A stretch of 64,000 nt of DNA from Armatimonadota bacterium. GTDB lineage: Bacteria > Armatimonadota > Zipacnadia > Zipacnadales > UBA5352. This document shows positions 28,007-37,674 of this stretch, in pieces. Location: NCBI GenBank assembly GCA_050942735.1, contig JBMNNW010000012.1, positions 1,053-65,052 on the forward strand, read 5' to 3'. Numbering within the stretch: the stretch's first letter is position 1; every line of letters starts with the position of its first letter. The position numbers were made by a program, and so were the translations under genes. The notes below the pieces were generated by a model. The model worked only from the letters and a program-made list of their open reading frames with translations. It was not told the DNA's origin and did not search any database.

Positions 28007-29277
28007 CGATGGTGCTCCTTTCGCTGTGTCACGGTCGCCACGTCTCGGGCGAATCGCGCGGTGGGTCGCGGTGGATCGTGGGGCAGGCGAAGCGCAACTT
28101 CGGTGCCGCGCGGGCACGCGTGATGGAGCGTCAGCGTGCCGCGATGGGCCACCGCGATCCCCCGCGCGACCGTCAGCCCCAGCCCCTGGTGGAGCGCAGG
28201 GTGAGTGGTGAAGAAGGGCTCGGTGGCCCGTCTCCGCACCTCTGCGGTCATGCCCGGCCCGTCATCGATCACGCGGATCTCGCTTCGACGCCCATCGCCG
28301 GCGGTGCGCAGCAGCACGCGTCCCTCAGGCCCCATCACCTGCAGCGCGTTGAAGACGAGGTTCACGACGCACTCACCGAGCTGACCCGCGTCGCCCCAGG
28401 CCGGGGCGATGGCGGCGAGATCCGTCTCGACGCGCACCTCGCGAAGCCCCGGCCAGTGTCCGCATACTCGTCTGACCAGCCCCGCGACCTCGTCGGCAAT
28501 TCTGCTGAGGTCGAGCGCGCGCATCTCCGCGGCCACCGGACCAGCGGTGAACGCCTGCATCGAGCGCATCAACTCCGCCCCTTCGGCGGTGGAGCGCTCG
28601 ATCCGTCCGAGCAACTCCACGATGTCATCCGATGACGCCCTCTCCCTGAGCAACTGCGCGTTGCCGAGGATCGCGGCGAAGACGTTGCCCAGCGCGTGTG
28701 AGACGCCGAACGCCAGGTTGCCGACCGTCCGGAGATGCTCGGGCGCCCCATCCGCGCCGTCCTCGGGCGCGACGGCCAGCGTCGCCGCCGCCGAGAGCGC
28801 AAGGTCGGGCAGCAGATGCATCCGACCGCAGGGGCGCCCCTCGCCCCGTGCGCCGATTGCCAGCAGCCCGAGCGGGCCCGTCCGCCTCTCGCTGTGCAGC
28901 GGCACGGCGGCCCACGAGCGCACCTCGAGATCGCGCAACCTCAGCCGCAGAGCCGACCACGGCTCGCGCCAGCCGTCCGAGCTCTGACAGGCGCGCTCGA
29001 ACACGCGCGCGGCCTGCGGGCCCAGGTCCCAGCGCGCGTGCGCGGTGCCCGCTCCATCGCGCACGGCCAACGTCGCGCTGAGCGCCTGCGGGTACTCCGT
29101 CGGTCTGAGCATCACCGCGGCGTCGCAGCAGAGCAGCTCGATGGCGCTCTCGACCACCGACTCCGTCGCCCTCGTGCGTCCCGTGAGCGCGGCCCGCGTG
29201 AGACACTCGAGCGCGCGCGCGCGAATCCCGGGCTCGTCTGTCACTGCAGTTCGTCCGACGAGTGTGTCGATCGCCAC
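28003..29277 (-). CDS. Soluble sensor histidine kinase with atypical H-box, GAF-like N-terminus
   Basis: HisKA VSHALGNVFAAILGNAQLL; N-box NLVFNA; DDGPGM; EPFFTT; GLGL; no TM segment seen; GGAGG RBS plus GTG at 29277. Confidence 0.85.
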   Translation of the reverse strand: MAIDTLVGRTAVTDEPGIRARALECLTRAALTGRTRATESVVESAIELLCCDAAVMLRPTEYPQALSATLAVRDGAGTAHARWDLGPQAARVFERACQSSDGWREPWSALRLRLRDLEVRSWAAVPLHSERRTGPLGLLAIGARGEGRPCGRMHLLPDLALSAAATLAVAPEDGADGAPEHLRTVGNLAFGVSHALGNVFAAILGNAQLLRERASSDDIVELLGRIERSTAEGAELMRSMQAFTAGPVAAEMRALDLSRIADEVAGLVRRVCGHWPGLREVRVETDLAAIAPAWGDAGQLGECVVNLVFNALQVMGPEGRVLLRTAGDGRRSEIRVIDDGPGMTAEVRRRATEPFFTTHPALHQGLGLTVARGIAVAHRGTLTLHHACPRGTEVALRLPHDPPRPTARFARDVATVTQRKEHHR

Positions 29278-29290
29278 GATCCCGACCTCC

Positions 29291-29677
29291 TCAGTTGCCG
29301 ACCGCGAGTACATCTCCGGGAGACAGCCGGGTCTCCCCAACGACGAGGCGGCATGCTCCGCCCGACAGCTCCACGCCCTCGACCGGGCCGGCTACGATCT
29401 CTCCCGTCGCCGGGTCTGTCCACCGGACGGTGCGCCCGATCAGATCGACCGCGTCGCCGATCGATGCGTTGGCGAGCAAAGCGCCGATCTTCTGCAACTC
29501 GGCGACGGACTGCAGTTGCGCGAGCTGGCTCATGAACTCCGAGGGATCCATCGGACTCAGCGGATCCTGAGCCTTGAGTTGCGCGACCAGCAGCGTCATG
29601 AAATCATCCACGCCCCCCAGCGACTGCGCGCCTGCGGCGGCGCTGGAGCCCGACGTCGTCGCGGCTACCCGCATCAT
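29291..29677 (-). CDS. flgD: Hook capping protein FlgD (short form)
   Basis: DDFMTLLVAQLKAQDPLSPMDPSEFMSQLAQ. Confidence 0.93.
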   Translation of the reverse strand: MMRVAATTSGSSAAAGAQSLGGVDDFMTLLVAQLKAQDPLSPMDPSEFMSQLAQLQSVAELQKIGALLANASIGDAVDLIGRTVRWTDPATGEIVAGPVEGVELSGGACRLVVGETRLSPGDVLAVGN

Positions 29678-29692
29678 CTGCGTCTCCTCCTG

Positions 29693-31474
29693 TCACGCCA
29701 TCACGTCGATCGTGCTGCTGCCGGGCTCCGAGCGCGGCGCGCGGGAGTGATCGTCGGATGGCCGCATCCGAGCGGGCGTCCGAGACGGACTGCGCCCGGT
29801 GTCACCTCGGTGTGCTCCGTGATCGGCTCCGCCGCGCGCCGTGAAGCGCACATCGAACTCCGCGACCTGCAGATTCTGCCCGGCGAGTTGCTCGCGAACC
29901 TGGCTCTCCACCGCGCGCAGTGTCATCGCCGTCTCCGGCCGCTCCGCGATCAGCGTCGCCCGCACCTGCCCCTCGCGCAGTGAAAGCTGCAGTTCGCAGC
30001 GTCCAAGCTCCGGTGGATCGACCTCCACCACCAGCCGCTGAGTCCGACCTGCCGCCAGCTCCACCGGTGAGATGCGGGCGGGCTCGCGGATCGTGAACAC
30101 CGCCGCTGCCGGCTCACTCGCCGGCGGAACTCGGAGACCGGCGCTCTCCGGCACGCCGAACTCACCGGCGACCAGTGACGGACGGTGAATCTCCGCTCCG
30201 GGCGCACGGGCCGGGACGTGACCGCTCGATGAGCGAGCGTCGCCCGCAGGCCCCTCGCGCAGCATCGCCCGCCGCGGTGGTTCGATCGGCTCCCCGCGGT
30301 CCGGAAGCGGCGCGGGACGCGGCTCCTGCACGGCGGCCCCGAACCTCGGCGCACCCGTCTCCGCGGGAGCGCGCCCGTCCTTGAGACCCTCCGCCCGCCG
30401 TGGGTACGCCACGTCTTCGTCCGACGTCTGACCGGGCGTGGGAGCCTCGAAGGGATGCGGTGGCGGCGAGGAACTCGGCCTGCCGCGTTCGGCTGCCGGA
30501 GCGGTCGGCACCTCGCGGACGGCCGCCTGCTCCGACGCCGGGAGATGACCCGCGCCGGCCGCCCGATGCTCAGGGCCGTCGGCGGCGAGGATCCGCAGAG
30601 GCGCCGATATCGGCGGCTGCGTTGACCGATCCGGGGGGCGGATGTCCGCCCGAACTCCGGACGGATCGCGCGTCGGCTCCTCCGGCGCTCGCTGCCTGGC
30701 GTCGGGTATCACCGTGGTCGAGCCGACGGCGTGGCCGCGTTCCTGAGCAGGCGGCGGGACGCGAGGCGAAGCGACAGGCCTGATCTCCGCCTCCGGCCTG
30801 CCGCCATCCCGCGCCGGTGGGGAGGCCACGGCCTCCCGAGCCGGCAGGCGGGGGACGGTCTCCTCCGCGTGAGGCGGATCGTCCGGCACGGCGATCGGGC
30901 GCGGCATCGGCATCTGCCGGGATTGTTCGCCGCCGATCGGCGCGGTCCGCGGTCCGATCAGGTCGGTGAGGCCCTCGGGATCGAGCGTCAGTTCGAGCGT
31001 CTGGCGCGACCGGACGGCCCCGCTGCTCACTGTCGGGGGCCGCTCAGGTGGCCCCGGCCTCCCCCCTGCGCCGGGGTCAGTGTCCTCAGTCAACTGAAAG
31101 ACGGGATCATCGGCGCTGGCCCGCCCCCCGGCGTCCGGCGACGCCGTCCGTGGGGCGCTCGCGAGCGTCGTCGCTGCCTCAGGCATGCGCCCGGCCGGGC
31201 GGACCTCGGAAGCCTGCGGCGAATCCTCCACCTCGGCGATCGCGGGCCGCGGTGGAGCCTCGTGCCGCGCTGAGGGCATCGCCTGGCGCTCGCGGGCATG
31301 CGCCCCGCCGTGTTCGGCCACCACCGGCACCGGCTCGATCACCGGCGGCGTGCTCCACGCGGCGATCAGCGCAAGAAAGTCCACCGGCTCGTGTGTCGCC
31401 CGGGCGCGGTCGGTCGCCGGTCGGATCACCGTCGTCCCGCCGTCGCCTTCGAGGTGCGGTGGGTGGTGCATCAT
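29693..31474 (-). CDS. fliK: Hook-length control protein FliK
   Basis: Long Pro/Ala-rich region then C-terminal VEVDPPELGRCELQL...LREQLAGQNL domain; upstream of flgD. Confidence 0.82.
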   Translation of the reverse strand: MMHHPPHLEGDGGTTVIRPATDRARATHEPVDFLALIAAWSTPPVIEPVPVVAEHGGAHARERQAMPSARHEAPPRPAIAEVEDSPQASEVRPAGRMPEAATTLASAPRTASPDAGGRASADDPVFQLTEDTDPGAGGRPGPPERPPTVSSGAVRSRQTLELTLDPEGLTDLIGPRTAPIGGEQSRQMPMPRPIAVPDDPPHAEETVPRLPAREAVASPPARDGGRPEAEIRPVASPRVPPPAQERGHAVGSTTVIPDARQRAPEEPTRDPSGVRADIRPPDRSTQPPISAPLRILAADGPEHRAAGAGHLPASEQAAVREVPTAPAAERGRPSSSPPPHPFEAPTPGQTSDEDVAYPRRAEGLKDGRAPAETGAPRFGAAVQEPRPAPLPDRGEPIEPPRRAMLREGPAGDARSSSGHVPARAPGAEIHRPSLVAGEFGVPESAGLRVPPASEPAAAVFTIREPARISPVELAAGRTQRLVVEVDPPELGRCELQLSLREGQVRATLIAERPETAMTLRAVESQVREQLAGQNLQVAEFDVRFTARGGADHGAHRGDTGRSPSRTPARMRPSDDHSRAPRSEPGSSTIDVMA

Positions 31475-32019
31475 CGCGCGGCCGTCCTTTCCTGCAGGTA
31501 GCGCTCCACCCGGCGGACGTAGGCTTGCGTCTCAGCGTAAGGCGGCACCCCGTCGTAACGTCTGACGGCTCCCGGCCCGGCGTTGTATGCAGCGAGCGCC
31601 AGGGTCCGATCACCGAAGCGCTCAAGCTGCGCGCGGAGATAGCGCGCACCGCCGTGCACGTTCTGCGCCGGATCCCAGGGGTCCGTCACTCCAAGAGCGC
31701 GCGCGGTGCCGGGCATCAGTTGCATCAGCCCCATCGCACCCGCCGAGGACCGGCAGCGGGGATCGTAGCCCGACTCCGCGCGGACGACCGCGTGGATCAG
31801 GTCCTCGCTCAGGTCATTCACCCGAGCCGCCTCCTCGATGATCGCGTCGAAGCCCGCCCCGTCATCTGTCCTGATCCCCGTGGCCTGACCGGCCACCGCG
31901 CGGTTGAGCGCGGTGGCGAACTCCACCGGTCGCGCGGTGCCCGTCCCCGCGGTGAGGCCTCCGAGGCGGGCCTCGATCGTTGAGATCCGCTGCATGATCG
32001 TCGGCAGTCTGCTCAGCAC
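31471..32019 (-). CDS. Soluble lytic transglycosylase (SLT family)
   Basis: AVVRAESGY, SAGAMGLMQLMP, ALAAYNAG, PPYAETQAYV; GGAGG RBS plus GTG at 32019. Confidence 0.92.
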   Translation of the reverse strand: MLSRLPTIMQRISTIEARLGGLTAGTGTARPVEFATALNRAVAGQATGIRTDDGAGFDAIIEEAARVNDLSEDLIHAVVRAESGYDPRCRSSAGAMGLMQLMPGTARALGVTDPWDPAQNVHGGARYLRAQLERFGDRTLALAAYNAGPGAVRRYDGVPPYAETQAYVRRVERYLQERTAAR

Positions 32020-32041
32020 TGATGTCCTCCGCGGCTTCTCA

Positions 32042-32539
32042 TCAGACGCTGTCAGGGTCGGCGGCCGGTGAGCCGACGAGCGCCGCGTGACGGTCGGCGC
32101 GGTGTCGGCTGATGGCGGCCTCGTTGAGGTCGCGTTGCTCGCGGAGCATCTCCTCGCGTGCGTGCTCGGCCTCGCGTCGCTCTGAGAGTCGCTCCAGTGT
32201 CCGGCGTGCCCGCGATGCCTCCACCAGCTCAGTCCGCCGGGTCTCGGCCTGGCGCTCGGCCTCGTCGAGGCGCTGCTGCTGATTCGTGAGCCTGCGGCGG
32301 AGGTCGGCGAGCACGCACGCGGTGTGCTCGACCTCACCCAGCGCCACGCTCGCGCCGCCTCCAGTGCCCGGGCCCCGAAGACCCGCGATGATCGCGTCAT
32401 GCCGCAGGCGCATCTGCTCGAGGTCGGCGCGTCGGCCGCGAACAACGCTCTGCGCGGTCGCGAGTCGGCGCCGGGCCTGCTCCTCCTCGCGGCATCGCAG
32501 CTCAAGGGCTGTCTGCAGTGGGAAGTGATACTTGCGCAC
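32042..32539 (-). CDS. fliJ: Flagellar export chaperone FliJ
   Basis: MRKYHFPLQTALELR start, coiled coil; directly after fliI. Confidence 0.85.
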   Translation of the reverse strand: MRKYHFPLQTALELRCREEEQARRRLATAQSVVRGRRADLEQMRLRHDAIIAGLRGPGTGGGASVALGEVEHTACVLADLRRRLTNQQQRLDEAERQAETRRTELVEASRARRTLERLSERREAEHAREEMLREQRDLNEAAISRHRADRHAALVGSPAADPDSV

Positions 32540-32610
32540 GCGGCCTCACCGTGCTCTGCGGCGTCATTGCTGCTCGGGTCGCTTAACCTTCGCCGCAAGC
32601 GCTCGTTTCT

Positions 32611-34074
32611 TTAGCCGTGCGTGAGGTTCTTGTCAGAGGAAGTTACCTTCTCGCGCTCTCCACCGACGCTGGCCGCCGCTTCGAAGCTCGCGAGGGCATG
32701 GGGGATGTTCGGGCGTCGATGCGCCGGCTCGGCCTGAAGCTCAGCAGGCGTGGGTGTTCGTTGCGGCGGGGGCTGCAGCGCCTCGGCGAGCCCGCTGCGC
32801 GTGTCTTCGAAGCTCTCGCAGTCGCCGGCATCCTGCCGGAGAAACTGCAGGATCTGCGGCCGCAGTGCGATGGCTCGATCGACCTGCGGGTTGCTGCCCT
32901 GCTCGTACGCTCCAAGGTTAATCAGGTCCTCGTGCTCCTGCCAGGTCGCGAGCGCCTCCTGCATCTTCCGCGCGTTGCGCAGGTGCTGCTCGCCCGCGAG
33001 CCCGTCCATCAGTCGGCTGACGCTCTCGAGGACGTCGATCGCGGGGTAGTGCCCCTGGTGCGCGAGACTCCGGGAGAGGACGATGTGCCCATCGAGAATG
33101 CTGCGCGCGGCGTCGGCGACCGGCTCGGTCATGTCATCCCCGTCCACCAGCACCGTGTAGAGCGCCGTGATGCTCCCGCGCGCCCCCATCCCCGAGCGCT
33201 CCAGCAGCCTCGGCAGCTCGGCGAAGACCGAGGGCGTGTACCCGTTGCGCGTCGGCGGCTCGCCCACGGCCAGCCCGACCTCGCGCTGCGCCCACGCAAC
33301 CCGCGTGATCGAGTCCATCATCAGCAGCACGTCGAGGCCCCGGTCGCGGAAGAACTCCGCGATCGTCGTCGCCACCTGTGCGCCTCTCATTCTCACAAGC
33401 GGCGGCTGATCGCTGGTCGCCGCCACCACCACCGAGCGGGCAAGGCCCTCCTCACCGAGCGTCTCCTCGACGAACTCACGCACCTCCCGCCCGCGCTCGC
33501 CGACCAGCCCGATCACGTTCACGTCGGCCGCGGCGTTGCGCGCGATCATCCCCAGCAGCGTGCTCTTGCCCACGCCCGAGCCGGCGAAGATCCCGATCCT
33601 CTGCCCCCGACCGCAGGTCAGGAGGCCGTCGATCGCCCGCACCCCCAGCGGCAGCGGCTCAATGATGCGCATCCGCTCCATCGCCGGCGGCGGGGGCGCC
33701 TCCGCGGGCAGGAACGCGTCGGGCGGCGGTGCGGGACGGCCGTCGAGCGGCTCGCACAGTCCGCCGAAGACGCGCCCGAGCATCGCCTCCCCGACCGGGA
33801 CCATCATCGGGCGTCCGCACCCGACCACCGGACTGCCCGCCGAGATCCGCCGGGTATCACCCAGCGGCATCATCAGAAGACGCTCATCGCGGAATCCAAC
33901 CACCTCCGCGCGGATCGCCCCGGCGCCGGTCGCGATCTCACACAGGTCGCCGATCCGCGCGGGCGGGCCATCGGACTCAATGATTATGCCCACCGACCTC
34001 GTGACCCGACCGGAGCGTCGCACCGTGTCAACCTCGCCGATCCGCGCGGCCAGTGCCCGCAGGCGCTCGGTCAT
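32611..34074 (-). CDS. fliI: Flagellar export ATPase FliI
   Basis: GIFAGSGVGKSTLL, GERGREVREF, DSITR, SILDGHIVL; C-terminal extension. Confidence 0.97.
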   Translation of the reverse strand: MTERLRALAARIGEVDTVRRSGRVTRSVGIIIESDGPPARIGDLCEIATGAGAIRAEVVGFRDERLLMMPLGDTRRISAGSPVVGCGRPMMVPVGEAMLGRVFGGLCEPLDGRPAPPPDAFLPAEAPPPPAMERMRIIEPLPLGVRAIDGLLTCGRGQRIGIFAGSGVGKSTLLGMIARNAAADVNVIGLVGERGREVREFVEETLGEEGLARSVVVAATSDQPPLVRMRGAQVATTIAEFFRDRGLDVLLMMDSITRVAWAQREVGLAVGEPPTRNGYTPSVFAELPRLLERSGMGARGSITALYTVLVDGDDMTEPVADAARSILDGHIVLSRSLAHQGHYPAIDVLESVSRLMDGLAGEQHLRNARKMQEALATWQEHEDLINLGAYEQGSNPQVDRAIALRPQILQFLRQDAGDCESFEDTRSGLAEALQPPPQRTPTPAELQAEPAHRRPNIPHALASFEAAASVGGEREKVTSSDKNLTHG

Positions 34075-34781
34075 CCGCCTTCACCCTCGCCCAGCGCCGC
34101 GCTGATCTCATCGCCGAGCAGTTCAACCTGCGTTTCAATCCGCGCGTCGAAGCGGCCGCGCTCCGTCTCGACGATGCACCCGCCCGGTCCGATCGCTTCG
34201 TCGGCCACGATCTCAAGCTGCTCGGCACCATCGGTGGCCGCCAGCAACTCCGCCGTCGCGGCGCGCACCAGCGGCTCATCGGGGGCCGGCACGCGCACCG
34301 TCAGGCGCTTCGCCCCGGCCGTCTGCTCGATCGTCGAGCGAACCACGTCGAGCACCACGCCGTCCTCGGCTTCCACCTTCCGGCGGATGACATTCCCCGC
34401 CATCGTGGCGACCAGCCGGAGGAGTTCGCGCTCGCTCTCCTCGAAGCGAGCCTCGGCGGCGGCGCTGATCTGCTGCAGCAGCGAGGCCCGCGCGCTCTCG
34501 AAGGCTGCCGCCTGCTCCGCCACGCACTCGCGCAACGCCGCGTCGAGCTGGCCGCGCGCCTCGCTCAGCGCCTTCGCCCACGCCTCCTCGCGAGTGTTCT
34601 CCCGGATACGCTCGGCGTCCTCACGCGCCTGCGCGACGAGCCGCTCCGACTCCCGCCTGCCCTCGCGCAGCACTCGTTGCGCGCGCTCGGAAGCCTGCGC
34701 GTTGCCACGACCGCACCGGGTCGCGGGCTCATCCCCGTCGAAGCTCGGCCAGCGCCAGGGTCGCGGATCCGCGTGTGCCAT
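34071..34781 (-). CDS. fliH: Flagellar assembly protein FliH
   Basis: Helical AxxxA repeats, C-terminal IGPGGCIVETERGRFDARIETQ. Confidence 0.9.
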   Translation of the reverse strand: MAHADPRPWRWPSFDGDEPATRCGRGNAQASERAQRVLREGRRESERLVAQAREDAERIRENTREEAWAKALSEARGQLDAALRECVAEQAAAFESARASLLQQISAAAEARFEESERELLRLVATMAGNVIRRKVEAEDGVVLDVVRSTIEQTAGAKRLTVRVPAPDEPLVRAATAELLAATDGAEQLEIVADEAIGPGGCIVETERGRFDARIETQVELLGDEISAALGEGEGG

Positions 34782-36436
34782 CAGCCCTGCTCATCTCCCG
34801 CGTCCCCGTCCCCCTCGGCCATCTGATGCAGCCATCCGCTCAGGTGCCGGGCGAAGTCCTCCGGCGAGCGGTTGCCCAGCTCGGAGAGCCGCTCGGCCGG
34901 CCCTGCCTGCGGCTCCGGCGCCTGCGGTTGGCCCGCCGCGTACGACGGCTCGTCGCCTTCGGTGCTCGCCTCCAGCTCTGCGAAGCTCACCGGCCCGAAC
35001 TCCACGCTCTCCTCGTCATCGGACGCGTCGGCGTCGGAGACTGTCTCCCCCGACGGCTCCTCGCGTCTCCCATCCCCGGTGTCCGGCTCCTCCTGCGGTC
35101 CGAGCCTGCGCGACACCATCAGCATCGCTCCCGCGATCATCGCCAGCATCACAATCACGCTGGCGTAACGCAACGCGCGGCTCATCGACTGCGCGCGGGC
35201 CCGCTCCGCCGCCGCCGACTCCGCCAGCTCAGCCTCCTTCTGAGCGATCTTCACCGCCTCGATCGCCATCGTCTCGACGGTCACCACGTCCCCGCGCTCG
35301 GGCTCTATCCCCGCGGCCGCCTCCACGAGCTGCCGCACCTGCCTTCCGGTCCCCGCTCCGAGGCTCTCATCCACCACCACCGCCACCGCCAGCCGCTGCA
35401 GCGCGCCCGGCGGGCTGGAGACCTGCTCCTGCAGCCGCGCGTAGTCGTACTCGCGGCTCTCATGACGGTGCTGGTAGCTCCCCCCGCCGCCCCGACCCGC
35501 CTCCGGCCTGCCGTCGAGCCCCGCCGGGCCGCCCACTTCGCGGCCGGCGTCCCCCTCATACTGCTCCTCGGTCAACTCCTCCCGGCGCACCACCCCGAGA
35601 CCCTCAGGAGGATCGAAGCTCTCACGCGTGATCTGCTGGCTCTGAAAGTCCAGCGTGGCCTGCACGCGCACCACCGAGCGGTTCGCCCCCAGCACCGAGT
35701 CGAGCATCGTCTGCAGGTGCCCGCGCACGCGCTCCTCCCACGCCCTCGTCGCCTCAAGCTGCGCCATCGTCTGCATCCCGCCGCCCCCGTCGATCCCACC
35801 GGTCAGCACCCGGCCGACCGTGTCCACCACCGTCACCGCGTCCGCCTCCAGCCCCGGCACCGCGCTTGAGACAAGCTGCGTGATTGCCGCCACCTGGCCC
35901 GCCCCAAGCTTCGCTCCCGCCAGGCCCACCACCACCGACGCGCTGGGAGGCTCCTGCTGCTCGCGGAACAAACGCTCTTCCGGAAGCGCGACATGCACCC
36001 GCGCGGACTTGATCTCCTCCAGCGTGCAGATGCTCCGCTCCAGCTCGCCCTGCAGCGCGCGCTGGAGGTTCACGTTGTTCTGCAGGTCGCTCGTGGAGAA
36101 ACTGCTGCGGTCGAAGAGCTCGAAGCCAACGTTCGACCCGCCCGGAAGACCCTCCCCCGCAAGCTCGATTCGCAGTTCGTAGAGTCGCTCGCGAGGAACC
36201 TGCACTGTCGTGCCTCTGTCCGCGAGCTGATGGCGAACGCCCGCTTCGCGCAGCCGCTCCACCACCGTCTGCGCGTCCTGCGGCGACAGCTCGGAGTAAA
36301 GCACCGCCCACGACGGCTGCGCCGCCCACACGCCGACGGCGACCAGCCCGCCAAGCAGTAGCGCCGCCAGCGCGATCAGTGAGATCTGCTGCCGTCGTTC
36401 AAGTGCCTCCCACGTCTCCCTCAGTTGCTCGAGCAT
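34781..36436 (-). CDS. fliF: MS-ring protein FliF
   Basis: VLYSELSPQDA, GFELFD, RALQGELERSI, ARVHVALP, two TM segments. Confidence 0.96.
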   Translation of the reverse strand: MLEQLRETWEALERRQQISLIALAALLLGGLVAVGVWAAQPSWAVLYSELSPQDAQTVVERLREAGVRHQLADRGTTVQVPRERLYELRIELAGEGLPGGSNVGFELFDRSSFSTSDLQNNVNLQRALQGELERSICTLEEIKSARVHVALPEERLFREQQEPPSASVVVGLAGAKLGAGQVAAITQLVSSAVPGLEADAVTVVDTVGRVLTGGIDGGGGMQTMAQLEATRAWEERVRGHLQTMLDSVLGANRSVVRVQATLDFQSQQITRESFDPPEGLGVVRREELTEEQYEGDAGREVGGPAGLDGRPEAGRGGGGSYQHRHESREYDYARLQEQVSSPPGALQRLAVAVVVDESLGAGTGRQVRQLVEAAAGIEPERGDVVTVETMAIEAVKIAQKEAELAESAAAERARAQSMSRALRYASVIVMLAMIAGAMLMVSRRLGPQEEPDTGDGRREEPSGETVSDADASDDEESVEFGPVSFAELEASTEGDEPSYAAGQPQAPEPQAGPAERLSELGNRSPEDFARHLSGWLHQMAEGDGDAGDEQG

Positions 36437-36499
36437 GACCCTCTGCCCCGGCTCCCTGCCGTCCGATGGTCCTCAGATAACCCACCTGTGCGCCGCGCC

Positions 36500-36808
36500 T
36501 CAGAGCTGCATCCGCGAGATCTCTTTGTACGCCTCCACCGCGCGCTGGGTCATCTGCGCGGTCAGGCGCAGCGTCAGATCGGCCTTCTCAAGCGCGATGA
36601 TCGCGGTGTGCAGGTCATCGGCGTCACCGGTCGCGACCCGCCGGACCGCCGAGTCCGCCGCCTGCTGCGTCTCGTTCACCCGGGCGAGCGCCTCCCGCAA
36701 CACCTCCGCGAAGCCGCCCCCGCCGCCGCCGACTCTCACACCATCCGCCGCCGGCGCCGTCTCCGGCCGCTGGACCGGAAGCGGGATGAAGCTGCTGTCA
36801 ACTCGCAT
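36500..36808 (-). CDS. fliE: Hook-basal body protein FliE
   Basis: DLHTAIIALEKADLTL...VEAYKEISRMQL. Confidence 0.93.
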   Translation of the reverse strand: MRVDSSFIPLPVQRPETAPAADGVRVGGGGGGFAEVLREALARVNETQQAADSAVRRVATGDADDLHTAIIALEKADLTLRLTAQMTQRAVEAYKEISRMQL

Positions 36809-36824
36809 CGAGTAACGACCTCCC

Positions 36825-37241
36825 TTACGCCAGGATGCTCAGCGCCGTCTGCATCATCTCCCGGCCGGAGCGCAGCGCCGCCGCGTTGGCCTCGTACGCT
36901 CTCGCCGCCAGCACCATGTCCGCCATCTCCGTCGGCAGGTCAACGTTGGGCATCTCCACGTAGCCCTCCACATTCGCATCGGGGTGCGCCGGGTTGTGTA
37001 TCCGCCGCAGCGGTGCGTCATCCGGCCGCACCTCCGCGACGCGCACGCCGCTGCACCGCACACCTCCCGGCCCCGAGCCGACCTGCTCGGCCCGCAGCAC
37101 CACTTGCCGTCGACGCCATGGGCCGCCCTCGACCGTGCGCGTGGTCTCCACGTTCGCGATGTTCTCGGCGATCACGTCCATCCGCGTCCGGCCCGCGCTC
37201 AGCGCCGAGCCACTGACCCGCAGCGCGTCAAACACTCCCAT
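36825..37241 (-). CDS. flgC: Basal-body rod protein FlgC
   Basis: MDVIAENIANVETT, HPDANVEGYVEMPNVD, RAYEAN. Confidence 0.96.
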   Translation of the reverse strand: MGVFDALRVSGSALSAGRTRMDVIAENIANVETTRTVEGGPWRRRQVVLRAEQVGSGPGGVRCSGVRVAEVRPDDAPLRRIHNPAHPDANVEGYVEMPNVDLPTEMADMVLAARAYEANAAALRSGREMMQTALSILA

Positions 37242-37244
37242 CGC

Positions 37245-37628
37245 CTACCCGCTCCTCCCGTCGCCGATCACCGTGCCGATCATCTGCAGCCTGCGATCGA
37301 TCAACCGCGTCAGTGCCTGGTAGCGCACCGATGCCTCGCCCAGCGCGAGCATCTCCTCCTCGATACTCACGTTGTTGCCGTCAGGCCCCGCCGGGGCGGC
37401 GGTCGGCGTCAGCGACGGCCTCACGCGACTGATCGCCCCAGTCTCCCGGCCGCTCTGCTCCGCCCTGACCGCCGCCCGCAGCGCGCCCTCAAAGCTCACC
37501 CGCCGCGCGGTGTAGCCGGGCGTCTCGATGTTCGCGAGGTTGTTCGCCGCTACCCGGTGTCCTGCGGCGGCGCCGTCCAGCGCCTTCTCCAGCGCCCGCG
37601 TCGTCAGGTCCGCCACGCCGTCGGTCAC
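37245..37628 (-). CDS. flgB: Basal-body rod protein FlgB
   Basis: VAANNLANIETPGY, DGNNVSIEEEM; GTG 37628 after GGAGG preferred (ATG 37643 is the alternative). Confidence 0.94.
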   Translation of the reverse strand: MTDGVADLTTRALEKALDGAAAGHRVAANNLANIETPGYTARRVSFEGALRAAVRAEQSGRETGAISRVRPSLTPTAAPAGPDGNNVSIEEEMLALGEASVRYQALTRLIDRRLQMIGTVIGDGRSG

Positions 37629-37652
37629 GAGCCTCGCCTCCATCGCTCTCGT

Positions 37653-37668
37653 GGCAATGTCCGTGCCG
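37653..37668 (-). promoter_or_regulatory. sigma54 promoter of the flgB operon
   Basis: CGGCACGGACATTGCC on the minus strand (GG-N10-GC), 7 nt after the rpoN stop. Confidence 0.8.
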
Positions 37669-37674
37669 ATCCGC

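Noticed and set aside
32586-32613. TAAA-N15-GGCGAAGG on the minus strand upstream of fliJ
   Set aside because: TAA is the fliI stop codon and the -10 match is poor
32617-35631. 1004-aa plus-strand ORF
   Set aside because: Antisense to fliI/fliH/fliF; low-complexity Arg/Pro composition typical of shadow frames
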